Assembly: GCA_963842525.1 (NCBI GenBank) | Contig: CAWJGT010000006.1 | Coordinates: 1 to 64,000 of the forward strand | Direction: 5' to 3' | DNA length: 64,000 nt | Source of the DNA: an uncultured Holophagales bacterium | GTDB taxonomy: Bacteria > Acidobacteriota > Thermoanaerobaculia > Multivoradales > UBA5704 | Notes under the pieces: generated by a model | What the model saw: only the letters and a program-made list of their open reading frames with translations | The model's database searches: none | Told to the model about the DNA's origin: nothing | Made by a program: the position numbers and the translations under genes | In this document: positions 42,514 through 51,750 of the stretch, piece after piece | Layout: every line of letters begins with the position of its first letter | Position numbering within the stretch: the first letter of the stretch is position 1

Positions 42514-43968
42514 TTACCATGTCATCGCCATCTTGTTTTCCTTATTCCATGTGGCTTCGGCCTGCTCGAGCGACACCCGTGCCGACGGTTGGTAGAGGGC
42601 AAACAGCTTGCGCAGGTCCAGCGGGTCGATGACCAACTCCCTCTGCAGCCAGTGCTCCAAGGAATCGCCGCGACTGTCACACCTCACCTGGATTGAGCTC
42701 CCGTTCCAGGAGAGGAAGATCGACCCGAACTGCACGGCCAGCTCGTAGATCAGCTTTCCTACCGGTAAACTCATGGGAAGATGCTTCTCGTCGTAGCGGA
42801 TCTGGGGTGGCACGAGGTCGGCTCCCGAGGTGATCGACCTTCTCCCGTTGGCCGGCGGGACATAGAGCGAGTGCAGCCCCTCCGCCTGGCCGAGAGCGCT
42901 GTTCGACTTATCCCCGGTGAGGAAGAACGCGCCCTTGTGGAAGCTGAGCTGGCGCAGGAAGCCCTTGAACTGCTCGCGGATGAGCGTGTCGCCGAACGAA
43001 CCCTTCGGCGAGAAGCGGACGCTGGGAACCGCTCGTTTGACGTCGTCGCGCAGCCCTCGCAACTCGACCCGGGTGTCGAGGACCGGATCGGTCTCGCCGG
43101 TGATCAGCAGGCTGACCCCACGAAGGTCTTTGGCGAGATCGAGCTCGAGAATCTCCTGGAGGGCCCTGTATCCCATCCTTCCGATGTCGCTCAGCTCTCC
43201 TTTTTCGCCGCGGCTGTTGGCCGCCTGCTCGAGCTCGTGCATGACCGTGCTAGGCACGACGAGGAGGATCCAGTTGGGCGATGCGTTGGAACGGCAGGTG
43301 AAGTTCAGGGAGTCCAGAATCTGCTGCGTGACCACGCAGCCATAGAGGATGTTCGTGTCCAGCCCCAAGACGACGTCGTCGTACTGGCCGAGCCTGCCCG
43401 CGAGCTCGCGCCAGCGCTCCGAAAACAGAAAGCCCGTCCGGTAGAGGGCTTCGGTCACCAGGTCGCGCGGACGCTTCTTCTGCTCTTCCGGAGATGTCCC
43501 TCCGGAAACACCGTCGAGGTCCTCGCCTCCACGACAGTTGAATCCGCCCGGCGCGGGGGTGATCCGGAGCAGACTTCTCCCCTGGGAGGTGCCGACCACG
43601 ATCTGGCCCTGGGTCGCCAGCAGGTGGTCGAGGAGGAGCTGGTAGACCGGAAAGCTCACGAACTGGCCGTCGCCGGCCGGCAAGGATTGCGGATCGGCGG
43701 CATCGCTGGCGGAGCCGCCGGGGCGCAGGTGGAAGGAGGAGCAGGTGAAGACGGACTCACCAGAGCAGAGCGGCCCGATGTCCGCATCCGCCAGAGTAGT
43801 TCCGAAACCTGCGCTGAGAATGCGGTAGACCTCAGCGGCTTTCGAGATGCAGTCGCCGACCGAGACCAAGTCCAACTCCTCAGCTCCCCGGTTGAAGAGC
43901 GACAGACAGCTCAGCACGTACTCCATCGTCCGCTTGGCACCGACCGTCACTGCGGGTGTTTGATCCAT
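42514..43968 (-). CDS. Alba-like N-terminal domain + PIN ribonuclease domain + unknown C-terminal domain
   Basis: The N-terminus VTVGAKRTMEYVLSCLSLFNRGAEELDLVSVGDCISKAAEV matches the archaeal Alba pattern; PIN acidic motifs LGLDTNILY, VPSTVMHELE, GDTLI, FLTGDK. Confidence 0.75.
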   Translation of the reverse strand: MDQTPAVTVGAKRTMEYVLSCLSLFNRGAEELDLVSVGDCISKAAEVYRILSAGFGTTLADADIGPLCSGESVFTCSSFHLRPGGSASDAADPQSLPAGDGQFVSFPVYQLLLDHLLATQGQIVVGTSQGRSLLRITPAPGGFNCRGGEDLDGVSGGTSPEEQKKRPRDLVTEALYRTGFLFSERWRELAGRLGQYDDVVLGLDTNILYGCVVTQQILDSLNFTCRSNASPNWILLVVPSTVMHELEQAANSRGEKGELSDIGRMGYRALQEILELDLAKDLRGVSLLITGETDPVLDTRVELRGLRDDVKRAVPSVRFSPKGSFGDTLIREQFKGFLRQLSFHKGAFFLTGDKSNSALGQAEGLHSLYVPPANGRRSITSGADLVPPQIRYDEKHLPMSLPVGKLIYELAVQFGSIFLSWNGSSIQVRCDSRGDSLEHWLQRELVIDPLDLRKLFALYQPSARVSLEQAEATWNKENKMAMTW

Positions 43969-43986
43969 GGCTTTCTCCGGCCGTGC

Positions 43987-45250
43987 CTAGTACGCCTGGA
44001 GCATCTCGGCCTGAGGCTCCGTAACGGGGACCCCGGCGGAGGGGAGATCGCGGAAGGAGAGCCTCCGATTGACTGAATCGACATCCACGACCTCGACGGT
44101 CAGGGGGTCTCCCACCCGTAGATCCTGGCTGAACAAACGATCGCGAAGCAAAGGAGTCATCCTGGTGTTGTGCAGCATCCCGGTCACTTGCCGATCCTCA
44201 TGGTTGATTTTGACCAGAGCAAAGCCCTTTTCTGGGACCGCCTTGTCGACACGCCCCTCGAGCATTTGCCCCCTACGGAACGGCCAAGCGGGGTCGCCTT
44301 TCGCCTGGTCCCTGGGAATCTCGATGAATTGAAGTTTCACCTCACGTTTCGCCTGGTTGATTTCGACGACCCGTGCTTTGATCTCAATCCCGGCCATTAC
44401 GTCTCGCGAGAGCTGCCCCTGCGGGATGAACCCGTGGATTCCGTAATTCATGTTTACCCAGGCGCCGGTCCCCTCACGGACGTTGACCACAACACTCCTG
44501 AACACCTCGTTGGTCGGGAACTCCTTCTCCAGCTTGGGCCAAGGGTTTTCTCCAAAAGTCAGAGAGTACTTCTGCTGGCCGTTGGAATCGACGACGAAGG
44601 CGCCTTTGAGCTTCCTTGCCGGTCTGCAGGACTCTGGTCAGATCCCTGGGGTTACGAGTCCAGGAGAAGTCCTCGACGCTCAGAAAGCCCTTGCGGCCGT
44701 CCCGTGCCTCGACCGTGGCGAACTCCGGCATCACCGACAAAACCCTGGCGGGGATCTCTTCGATCCCTGCCCCGATGAGTGGCATGAGCATCGCCTCGGC
44801 AGGGGGCTCTTTGCGAGCAGCATCGAGATTTTTTTGCAGATCGCGGGTCAACTGCAAGAGGCCCCTGCCCTCCTTGTATTGAATCTGGACGAACTGGCCA
44901 AGGTCGACCGGGACATCGTCCGGGTACATCGTGAGGATGAGAATTCGTTTGCCAATCACGTGGGCCAAGCCGACCTCATAGAGAACGTTGGGGCTCCGAC
45001 TCGTGAGGTCCGCGATGATCACTTCCGCTTCCTGAATGCCTTTCCACAATCGCTCGAGAAGAGTGCTGGCGCCGTATATTTCGTCTGCGCGGAGGGGGAC
45101 CATGCCAACTTCTCTGACCGTCTCCTCGATGACGTCTTTATAGTGCTCATCCCAGTCGAATTTCTGACCATCGCGTAACTCTTGTACGCCGTACGGCATG
45201 ATGACGAAACAGTTTCCCTTCTGCGGCCAACAATTTCTCGCAAATGGCAT
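43987..45250 (-). CDS. NDT/TIR-like Rossmannoid domain + three S1 (OB-fold) RNA-binding domains (1-nt insertion near 44,614)
   Basis: CFVIMPYG...RADE...IIADLTSRSPNVLYEVGLAH...VPVDL; S1 repeats (ARVLSVMPEFATVE..KGFL; ENPW..VVVNVREGTGAWV..GFIP; GRVDKAVPEKGFALV..GMLH). Removing one base gives GKKLKGAFVVDSN and joins the two ORFs. Confidence 0.78.
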
Positions 45251-45261
45251 GAGCGTTTCCT

Positions 45262-45520
45262 CACCTTAAATGGCACGTGCCGACGCACCTGCCGGCACGT
45301 GCCCTGGTTGAGCAGCTCGGAGGCGCGGAAGCCGCGGTGCGAGGCTCGGTGCAAGTCCAGAGAGCTGCCTCCGAAGGTAATGTCAAAAAGTCCAAGGGTC
45401 CGAAGAAGTAATTATTCCAATATGTAGGTCCTGCGTGATGCTCTGAATAGAACCCGAAATCCGAAGGTGTCCGATATGCGTGAATTTGTGGTGCTTCGGT
45501 CGGAGGCAGCTCTCTGGGCT
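45262..45520 (-). ncRNA. Candidate structured leader or ncRNA
   Basis: Perfect 18-bp inverted repeat (45357-45374 / 45500-45517) enclosing 125 nt with about 10 TTYGGAC-like motifs; an 11-bp hairpin (45272-45303) sits just before the RBS. Confidence 0.45.
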
Positions 45521-45655
45521 CGTCAGTTCTCCTTTCGGCGATCTCTATCGGCCGCATCAGGCGACCTGTTCTAATAGACACAGGTGCGCTCGGCTTTGTT
45601 GAGAAGAAGACGAGGAGAATGCAGCGGGAAGCAGGCTCCGGGCCACTGGAAATGG

Positions 45656-47051
45656 CTACCGGTTCGGGACGGAGGCGCCCAATCGCAGGGCACGGACCAC
45701 GAACGACGCCCGCTCCAGCGCCCGCGCGATCGCGCCCGGCCCGGGCGGCCGTTCGAACGAGTGGCGCATAGTCGCCGAGGCGCTGCGGCCAGGGATCGGG
45801 AGGAGGTGGAGGGATCAGGCCGCCGACCGCGGCGAAGAAGAGGAGCCAGCCCGCGAGAGCCGCGGCCACGCAAGGCACGGTGCGCAGGGCGGGCCGCCGG
45901 GCCGGGTGGAGCCAAGCCGCGAAACCCAGGGCGAGGGGGGGCAGGGCGTCTATCAGGAACCGCTGGCCGTAGCCGCCCCGGTTCGGCCACTCCGACCACC
46001 AGCCGTGGAGCACGGCGACCGCGAGGAACCAGACCAGGGCGACGAAGCCCCACCCAAGTGACCGGCGGGAGATCTCGCGAGAGGCCAGGAGGATCAGCCC
46101 CGCCGCGGCGAAGAGAAGAGCCGGATGGAAGAGGAAGAGGCCGTGGACCGGCGCGAAGAGCACGTTCCACGGCGACGCCGCGGTCACCACCCACCGGCCG
46201 CCATAGGGCGGAGCGAGCCAGCTCCCGAAACAGGCCCGCCACCAGAACGGCAGGGCCAGCAGCGGGAGGACGAAGCCGGCGAGGACCAGGAGGACCTCAC
46301 CCCCGGCCCCTCTCCCATCTCCCTTCCGCCCCCCGCCGGGAGAGGGGAGAAAAACGACCGCTGCCAATGCCGGCGGCAGCAGGGCGACCGCGCTGTAGCG
46401 CACCAGGACCGCGACTCCGATCACCATGCCTGCGACGAAGGCGAGCCGGCGGCTCCCGGTCTCCCGCTGCCGGACCAGGAGGAGCAGCAGGAGGCCAGCC
46501 AGCGCGAACGTCGGCGCGTGGGTCATCCCCACCAGCGCATAGAAGAGGAGCGGTCCGCCGAAGAAGGTGAGGGAGACTGCCGCCGCCGCGGTCCGCTCCG
46601 GGACGCCGAGCCGGAGCAGGGCCAGGGCGGTCCAGGTGAGCCCCAGGAGAGTGGCCAGGTTGCGCGCGAGGACGATCAGGGCGGCGCTCAGGAAGACCTC
46701 GCGCGGGACCCGCCCCGCCGGCGGCAGCTCGGCGCCGCCCGCGAGGAGCCCGTCCGGCAGCAGGCGGTCGAGCGTCCGGCCGGCAAGGAACGGCAGGGCG
46801 TCCAGCAGCGGGCCTCCGGGCGGGTACTGCGAGACGAGGTGCCCGTCGCGGCCACCGACCAGCCCGTTCACCACGCCGCGGTGGTCGTCCTCCAGCCAGA
46901 GGTCGCCGTCGTCGAGCACCGACCCGAGGACGGCGAAGCCCGCCCAGCCGTCGCCGCCCAGGCCGCGGTCGAAAACCAGCATGTGGAGCGCCGCGGCCAG
47001 GAGGGCGGCGGCGATCCAGCCGGAACGGAAGAGGTCGCGCAAGGTCGGCAT
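45656..47051 (-). CDS. Polytopic membrane protein, GT-C glycosyltransferase-like (frameshift near 45,750)
   Basis: Luminal loop GGDG..GDLWLEDD..SQYPPG, many TM helices, YGQRFLIDALP; the corrected C-terminus is ERASFVVRALRLGASVPNR*. Confidence 0.6.
46295..46349 (+). repeat. REP-like element inside a coding sequence
   Basis: CCTCACCCCCGGCCCCTCTCCC...GGGAGAGGGGAG, read in frame as LPSPGGGRKGDGRGAGGE. Confidence 0.8.
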
Positions 47052-47091
47052 CAGGCCCCTGATAGAATCATAGAGAGGATCGACCACCCCC

Positions 47092-47454
47092 ATGCGCATT
47101 CCACCCGAGGAGTTCGAGGCCCTCGTCGAAAAGGCCCTGGAGGACCTGCCGGACGATTTCGCCGACCTGCTCGACAACGTGGTGGTGATGATCGAAGACG
47201 AGCCCGACCCCGAGGATCTCGAGTCCATGGGCCTCTCCCCGGACGAAGAGATCTTCGGCCTCTACCACGGCTGGAACCGCCTGCACCGCGACTCCCTGTA
47301 CAGCGGCGCACTGCCGGACCGGGTCCTCATCTACCGCGGGCCGATCCTCCGCCACTGCCAGAACCGCCGCGAGGTCATCCGCGAGGTCCGCGACACGGTC
47401 GTCCACGAGCTCGGTCACTACTTCGGCATGGAAGAAGAGGACATGCCGTATTGA
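47092..47454 (+). CDS. Zincin-like minimal metallopeptidase
   Basis: FGLYHG, LPDRVLIYRGPI, TVVHELGHYFGM. Confidence 0.9.
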   Translation: MRIPPEEFEALVEKALEDLPDDFADLLDNVVVMIEDEPDPEDLESMGLSPDEEIFGLYHGWNRLHRDSLYSGALPDRVLIYRGPILRHCQNRREVIREVRDTVVHELGHYFGMEEEDMPY

Positions 47455-47468
47455 ATTGATCCCGGGCC

Positions 47469-48945
47469 TCACTCCTCCGCCCGCCCGAACAGCAGCTCGA
47501 CCAGCGGCCGGTCTTCCTGGCGGCAGAAGACGTAGACATGGTCTCCCGGCAGGAGCACCGTCTCGCCGCGCGGTGCGATCAGCTCGGTGCCGCGCACCAT
47601 GAGCAGGATCGAGGCGCGGTCCGGGAAGGGGATGTCCGCCACCGAAACGCCGCAGACCGGCAGCGCCGGGCCCACGTAGTACGACAGGATCTGGCCGTCG
47701 AGTGTCTGGGTCGAGCTGATCTCCAGCACGGCCGGCGAGGGGGGCGAGCCCTGGGTGCCCAGCCCCAGGCGGCGGGCGGCCCAGGCCACGGTGCCGCCGG
47801 GCAGGAAAGCGCCCACCACGACGACACAGAAGACGATGTCGAAGAGGGTCTCGGAGCCTTGCACGCCGGCGAGCACCGGGAACATCGCGAGGATGATCGG
47901 CACCGCGCCGCGCAGCCCGACCCAGCCGATGAAGAGGGTCTCCCGCAGTGGAAAGCGGAAAGGCAGCAGGCAGAGCAGCGCCAGGAGAGGCCGGGCCACG
48001 AAGCTGAGCAGCAGGGCGATGGCCATGCCGATCCCCGCCACCCCGAGGATGCGCAGAGGGAAGGACAGCAGCCCGAGGACCAGGAACATCGCCACCTGGC
48101 AGAACCAGGCGACCGCGTCATGGAAGCGGCGCACGCCGGTCTGGTACGGGAAGCTCGCCGTTGCCCAGCACGATGCCGGCGATGTAGACCGCGAGGAAGC
48201 CGCTGCCGTCGAGCACCGTGGGCAACCCGAAGGTGACCAGGGCGAGGGCAAGGGTGAAGACCGGATAGAGTCCGCCTGCCGGCAGCCGGCTCCAGCGCAG
48301 CAGGAAACGGCCGGCAAAGCCGAGCGCCACGCCGGCGGCGCCGCCGACGAGGAGCTGGAAGGGGACGTGCAGAAGGACCGCGGCGTCGGGGCTCCGCTCC
48401 CCGGTCGCGATCTGGGTCAGCGCCAGGGTGAGGATCACCGCCATGGGGTCGTTGAGCCCCGACTCGAGCTCCAGCGTGGCGCCGACGCGCTCGCGGAGCT
48501 GCAGGCCGCTCGCCCGCAGCACCGAGAAGACCGCGGCCGCGTCGGTCGATGAGACGATGGCGCCGAGCAGGAACGCCAGGCTCCAGGGCAGGCCGAGGAG
48601 ATGGGCGCCCACGGCGACCAGGGCGGCGATGCCCGCCACACCGGCGGTGGCCAGGGTGGCAGCAGGCCAGACGAAGCGCCGGAACGTGGCCAGCGGCGTG
48701 TTGAGGCCGCCGTCGAAGAGGATCAGGGCGAGGGCGATCGTGCCGAGACGGAAGCTGAGGCGGTAGTCCTCGAAGGGGACGATCCCCACCCCCTCCGAGC
48801 CGGCCAGCATGCCCACGGCGATGAACAGCAGGAAGACCGGTACCCCGAACCGCGCCGAGGTCCGGCTGAACAGCACGCTGACCGCCAGCAGCAGCCCGAC
48901 CAGGAGCAGAAGCAGGGCGGTGGTGTGGAGGTCGGGCTGGGTCAC
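47469..48945 (-). CDS. K+/H+ antiporter (CvrA/NhaP2) with TrkA-C (frameshift near 48,150)
   Basis: GMLAGSEG, ILFDGGL, SSTDAAAVF, LELESGLNDPMAV, GWVGLRGAVPIILA. Confidence 0.9.
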
Positions 48946-49059
48946 GAGGTGTGGAGCATAGCAACCAACCTCACCTCCCGGACCCGACGTTCCAGCGACC
49001 AGGACCGCGAGCCCCCGTCGGCTCCTGCGATGCCGTGGCCTCTGAGCTGGCCGCCCCCC

Positions 49060-49310
49060 GTCGCGGACCGCGGTCCCGGTCATCCGCCTTGGAAAACGCG
49101 GCCCCGTTTTCCGGTCCGTGTCGCAGGGACCGCGAAACCTGCTGCGCGGACCGTGCGTCCGGTCATCCGACGGGTGGTCCCAGTCACACGGACCGCGAAA
49201 CCGGACGCCTCGTGCCGGGTCCAGTCACTGGACCCAAGGTCCGCCTGACGCGTTGCGTGGTCCCAGTGACCGGGACCACAGGTCCAGAGCCCGGTTCAGC
49301 GGTCCGGGCT
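49060..49310. repeat. Degenerate short-period intergenic repeats (GGTCC/GGACC-rich)
   Basis: Recurring GGTCCCAGTCAC / GGTCCAGTCAC / GGTCCCAGTGAC and GGACCGCGAAACC units. Confidence 0.55.
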
Positions 49311-49336
49311 CCACCCGAAGACCGGCCAGGGATAGG

Positions 49337-50983
49337 ATGGAGCAGTCCATGACCCGCTCTCGCCGCCGGCTCCTCCTTCTGATCGCGGCCCTGCCGCTCC
49401 TGATCGGCCTGTCGGCGGCCCTCTACATGGTTGGCATGGCGGCCCTGGAAGGGCAGACGCGGAGCTTCTGGCAGAGCGTCGTATGGGCGGCCGAGACCCT
49501 GACCACGACTGGCTACGGCGCCGACAGCCGCTGGCTCCACCCTCTCATGGTGATCTACGTGTCGCTGGTCCAATTCGTCGGCGTCTTCCTCGTCTTCCTG
49601 ATCATCCCGATCTACCTGATCCCATTCCTGGAGGAGCGCTTCGAGACCCGGCTGCCGCAGGACGTCCCGAAGGACCTCGCAGAGCATGCTGTCCTCTGGC
49701 GCTACGGCCCGGCGATCGAGACCCTCCTGGCCGAGCTGGCGGCGGCGCGCGTGCCCACCCTGGTGCTGGAGCCGGACGAGCCCACGGCGCGACGGCTTTT
49801 CGACCGCGGCCAGAAGATCCTCCACCGCGGGCTGAACGACGGCGCGCTCCAGGCTGCACGGCTCGAACGGGCGCGGGCCCTGATCGCCAACGGCACGGAC
49901 GACGAGAACGCCGCGCTGATCCTCACCGCCCGCCAGCTCGGCTACACGGGGCCGATCCTGGCCCTGGTCGAGGACCCCTACCACCGGCGCCCGATGATGC
50001 TGGCCGGAGCCACGGCGACCTTCACGCCGCGTCACATCCTGGGCGCGGCCCTCGCCGCCCGCGCCTCCCACCGCATCAGCCCGCGAGTGGCCGGCATCCA
50101 GCAGCTCGGCCGCAACCTGGAGGTCGCCGAGGTCCAGGTCCGCTCACAGAGCCCGCTGGCGGGCAAGACCCTGGAGGAGGCGGACATTGGCGCGAGGACA
50201 GGGGCGACCGTGGTCGGCCAGTGGATCGGCGGCGAGCTGGACGTGTTGGCCGGGGCCGGCGTCCGCCTGGACCCCGGAGGGACGCTGGTAGTGGTGGGGA
50301 GCCCCGAGAGCATCGACCGCCTGCGAGAGCTGGCAGAAGGGGCGGCTTCGGCCCGCCGCCACGGTCATTTCGTGGTCGGCGGCGGCGGCGAGGTCGGCCG
50401 CAAGGTGGCCGAGCTGCTGCGGGCCGTGGGCGAGGAGGTCAAGCTGATCGATCGCCGGCCCGGCCCGGACGTGGACCTGGTGGGCGACGTCCTCGACCTC
50501 CCGGTGCTGGAGGAGGCCGGGATCCGCGACGCCCAGGCGGTCCTCCTGGCCCTCGACACGGACAGCGCGACCCTGTTCGCCACTGTGATCCTCCGCGACC
50601 TGGCGCCGGAGGTGCCGGTGATCGCCCGGGTCAACGAGGCGGAGAACGTCGAGCGCATCCACCGCGCCGGCGCCTACTTCGCCCTGTCGATCAGCCAGGT
50701 CTCGGGCCAGATGCTGGCCAAGAAGCTCCTGGGACAGGACGCGATCGCGCTCGACCCGCAGCTCAAGATCCTGCGGGTCAGCCCGGACGGCCTGCAGGGG
50801 CACCACCCAAGCGATCTCGCGATCCGTGAGAAGACGGGGTGCTCGGTCGTGGCGGTGGAGAGGGGTGACCGCGTCCTGGTCGAATTCGGTTCCGACTTCC
50901 GCTTCGAGCCCCAGGACGCGGTCTACATCTGCGGCAGCTCGCCGGCGGTGCGGCGCTTCGGCGAGGTCTTCGGGCGGGGGTGA
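49337..50983 (+). CDS. K+ channel protein with two RCK (TrkA-N/TrkA-C) modules
   Basis: Pore motif ETLTTTGYG; GGGEVG Rossmann motif; SPLAGKTL and VVAVERG TrkA-C motifs. Confidence 0.88.
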   Translation: MEQSMTRSRRRLLLLIAALPLLIGLSAALYMVGMAALEGQTRSFWQSVVWAAETLTTTGYGADSRWLHPLMVIYVSLVQFVGVFLVFLIIPIYLIPFLEERFETRLPQDVPKDLAEHAVLWRYGPAIETLLAELAAARVPTLVLEPDEPTARRLFDRGQKILHRGLNDGALQAARLERARALIANGTDDENAALILTARQLGYTGPILALVEDPYHRRPMMLAGATATFTPRHILGAALAARASHRISPRVAGIQQLGRNLEVAEVQVRSQSPLAGKTLEEADIGARTGATVVGQWIGGELDVLAGAGVRLDPGGTLVVVGSPESIDRLRELAEGAASARRHGHFVVGGGGEVGRKVAELLRAVGEEVKLIDRRPGPDVDLVGDVLDLPVLEEAGIRDAQAVLLALDTDSATLFATVILRDLAPEVPVIARVNEAENVERIHRAGAYFALSISQVSGQMLAKKLLGQDAIALDPQLKILRVSPDGLQGHHPSDLAIREKTGCSVVAVERGDRVLVEFGSDFRFEPQDAVYICGSSPAVRRFGEVFGRG

Positions 50984-50995
50984 TCCCCCCGGCGA

Positions 50996-51304
50996 TCAAC
51001 CGGGCTCGCGCAGCTTTTCGATCTTGCGGTCGCGGCCCTCTTCGATGCGACGGCGCTCGCGGACGTACTCCTCTTCGTCTTCCTTCCGCTTGGCCGGGTC
51101 GTGGACCGCGCGCAACCGGTCCCTGTGGAGGATCTCGAGCTCGGCGAGCTTGGCCTCGGCCTGGCGCCGAGCCTCCCCGATCTCCTGGAGGGCCTCCTCG
51201 CCCAGCGCCTCCTCGCGCGGCTTGCTGATCCCCTGCTGCTCCATCCGTTCGAGCGCCAGCTCGTAGGCGGACTTCATCCCGGACGCCTTGTCTTTGTCAG
51301 CCAT
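50996..51304 (-). CDS. Small charged helical hypothetical protein
   Basis: MADKDKASGMKSAYELALERM...EAKLAELEI; clean ORF with typical codon usage. Confidence 0.7.
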   Translation of the reverse strand: MADKDKASGMKSAYELALERMEQQGISKPREEALGEEALQEIGEARRQAEAKLAELEILHRDRLRAVHDPAKRKEDEEEYVRERRRIEEGRDRKIEKLREPG

Positions 51305-51365
51305 GGGGTAAGCATACCCCTCCCCGACCCTCCCCCGCGCGTGGAAATTCCTGCGCGAGCCCTGG

Positions 51366-51508
51366 CCCCTCACCCCCGGCCCCTCTCCCATCCGCACTCC
51401 CTTCCCCCGGGAGAGGGGAGAAATGCATGATCAGGAAGATCCTGAGTGGGGGCTCCCCTCTCCCGGGCGGGTGTGAGTGCGGGTGGGAGAGGGGCCGGGG
51501 GTGAGGGG
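51366..51508. repeat. Inverted pair of REP-like elements
   Basis: Copy at 51366-51420 and reverse-complement copy at 51453-51508. Confidence 0.85.
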
Positions 51509-51750
51509 CCAAGGCGACGCCCCAGCAGAGTTTTCCAAACACCCTCTAAGTGGTCGGAGGTGACGCCATCGCGGGGACCCGCCGGGGAGGGGGCTTCTGG
51601 CGCGCCGATCACGCCAGATTGGCACGTTTCCTCCTGTAGACCCCTGAGCTTCCGGGCGCCTTCCCTCGGCACCGGATTTGCTCCAGGCCGCTCCGGTGAG
51701 TATCCTCACCACGCTTCGCATTCCAGCAAGACGAGAAGAGGAGACCTTCG

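Noticed and set aside
45357-45517. Retron msr-msd or CRISPR array
   Set aside because: There is no reverse transcriptase or cas gene in the window, and the internal motifs are about 7 nt and irregularly spaced.
45261-47228. 655-aa membrane ORF running up to the NDT-S1 gene
   Set aside because: A frameshift near 45,750 causes the read-through; the plausible stop is at 45,656.
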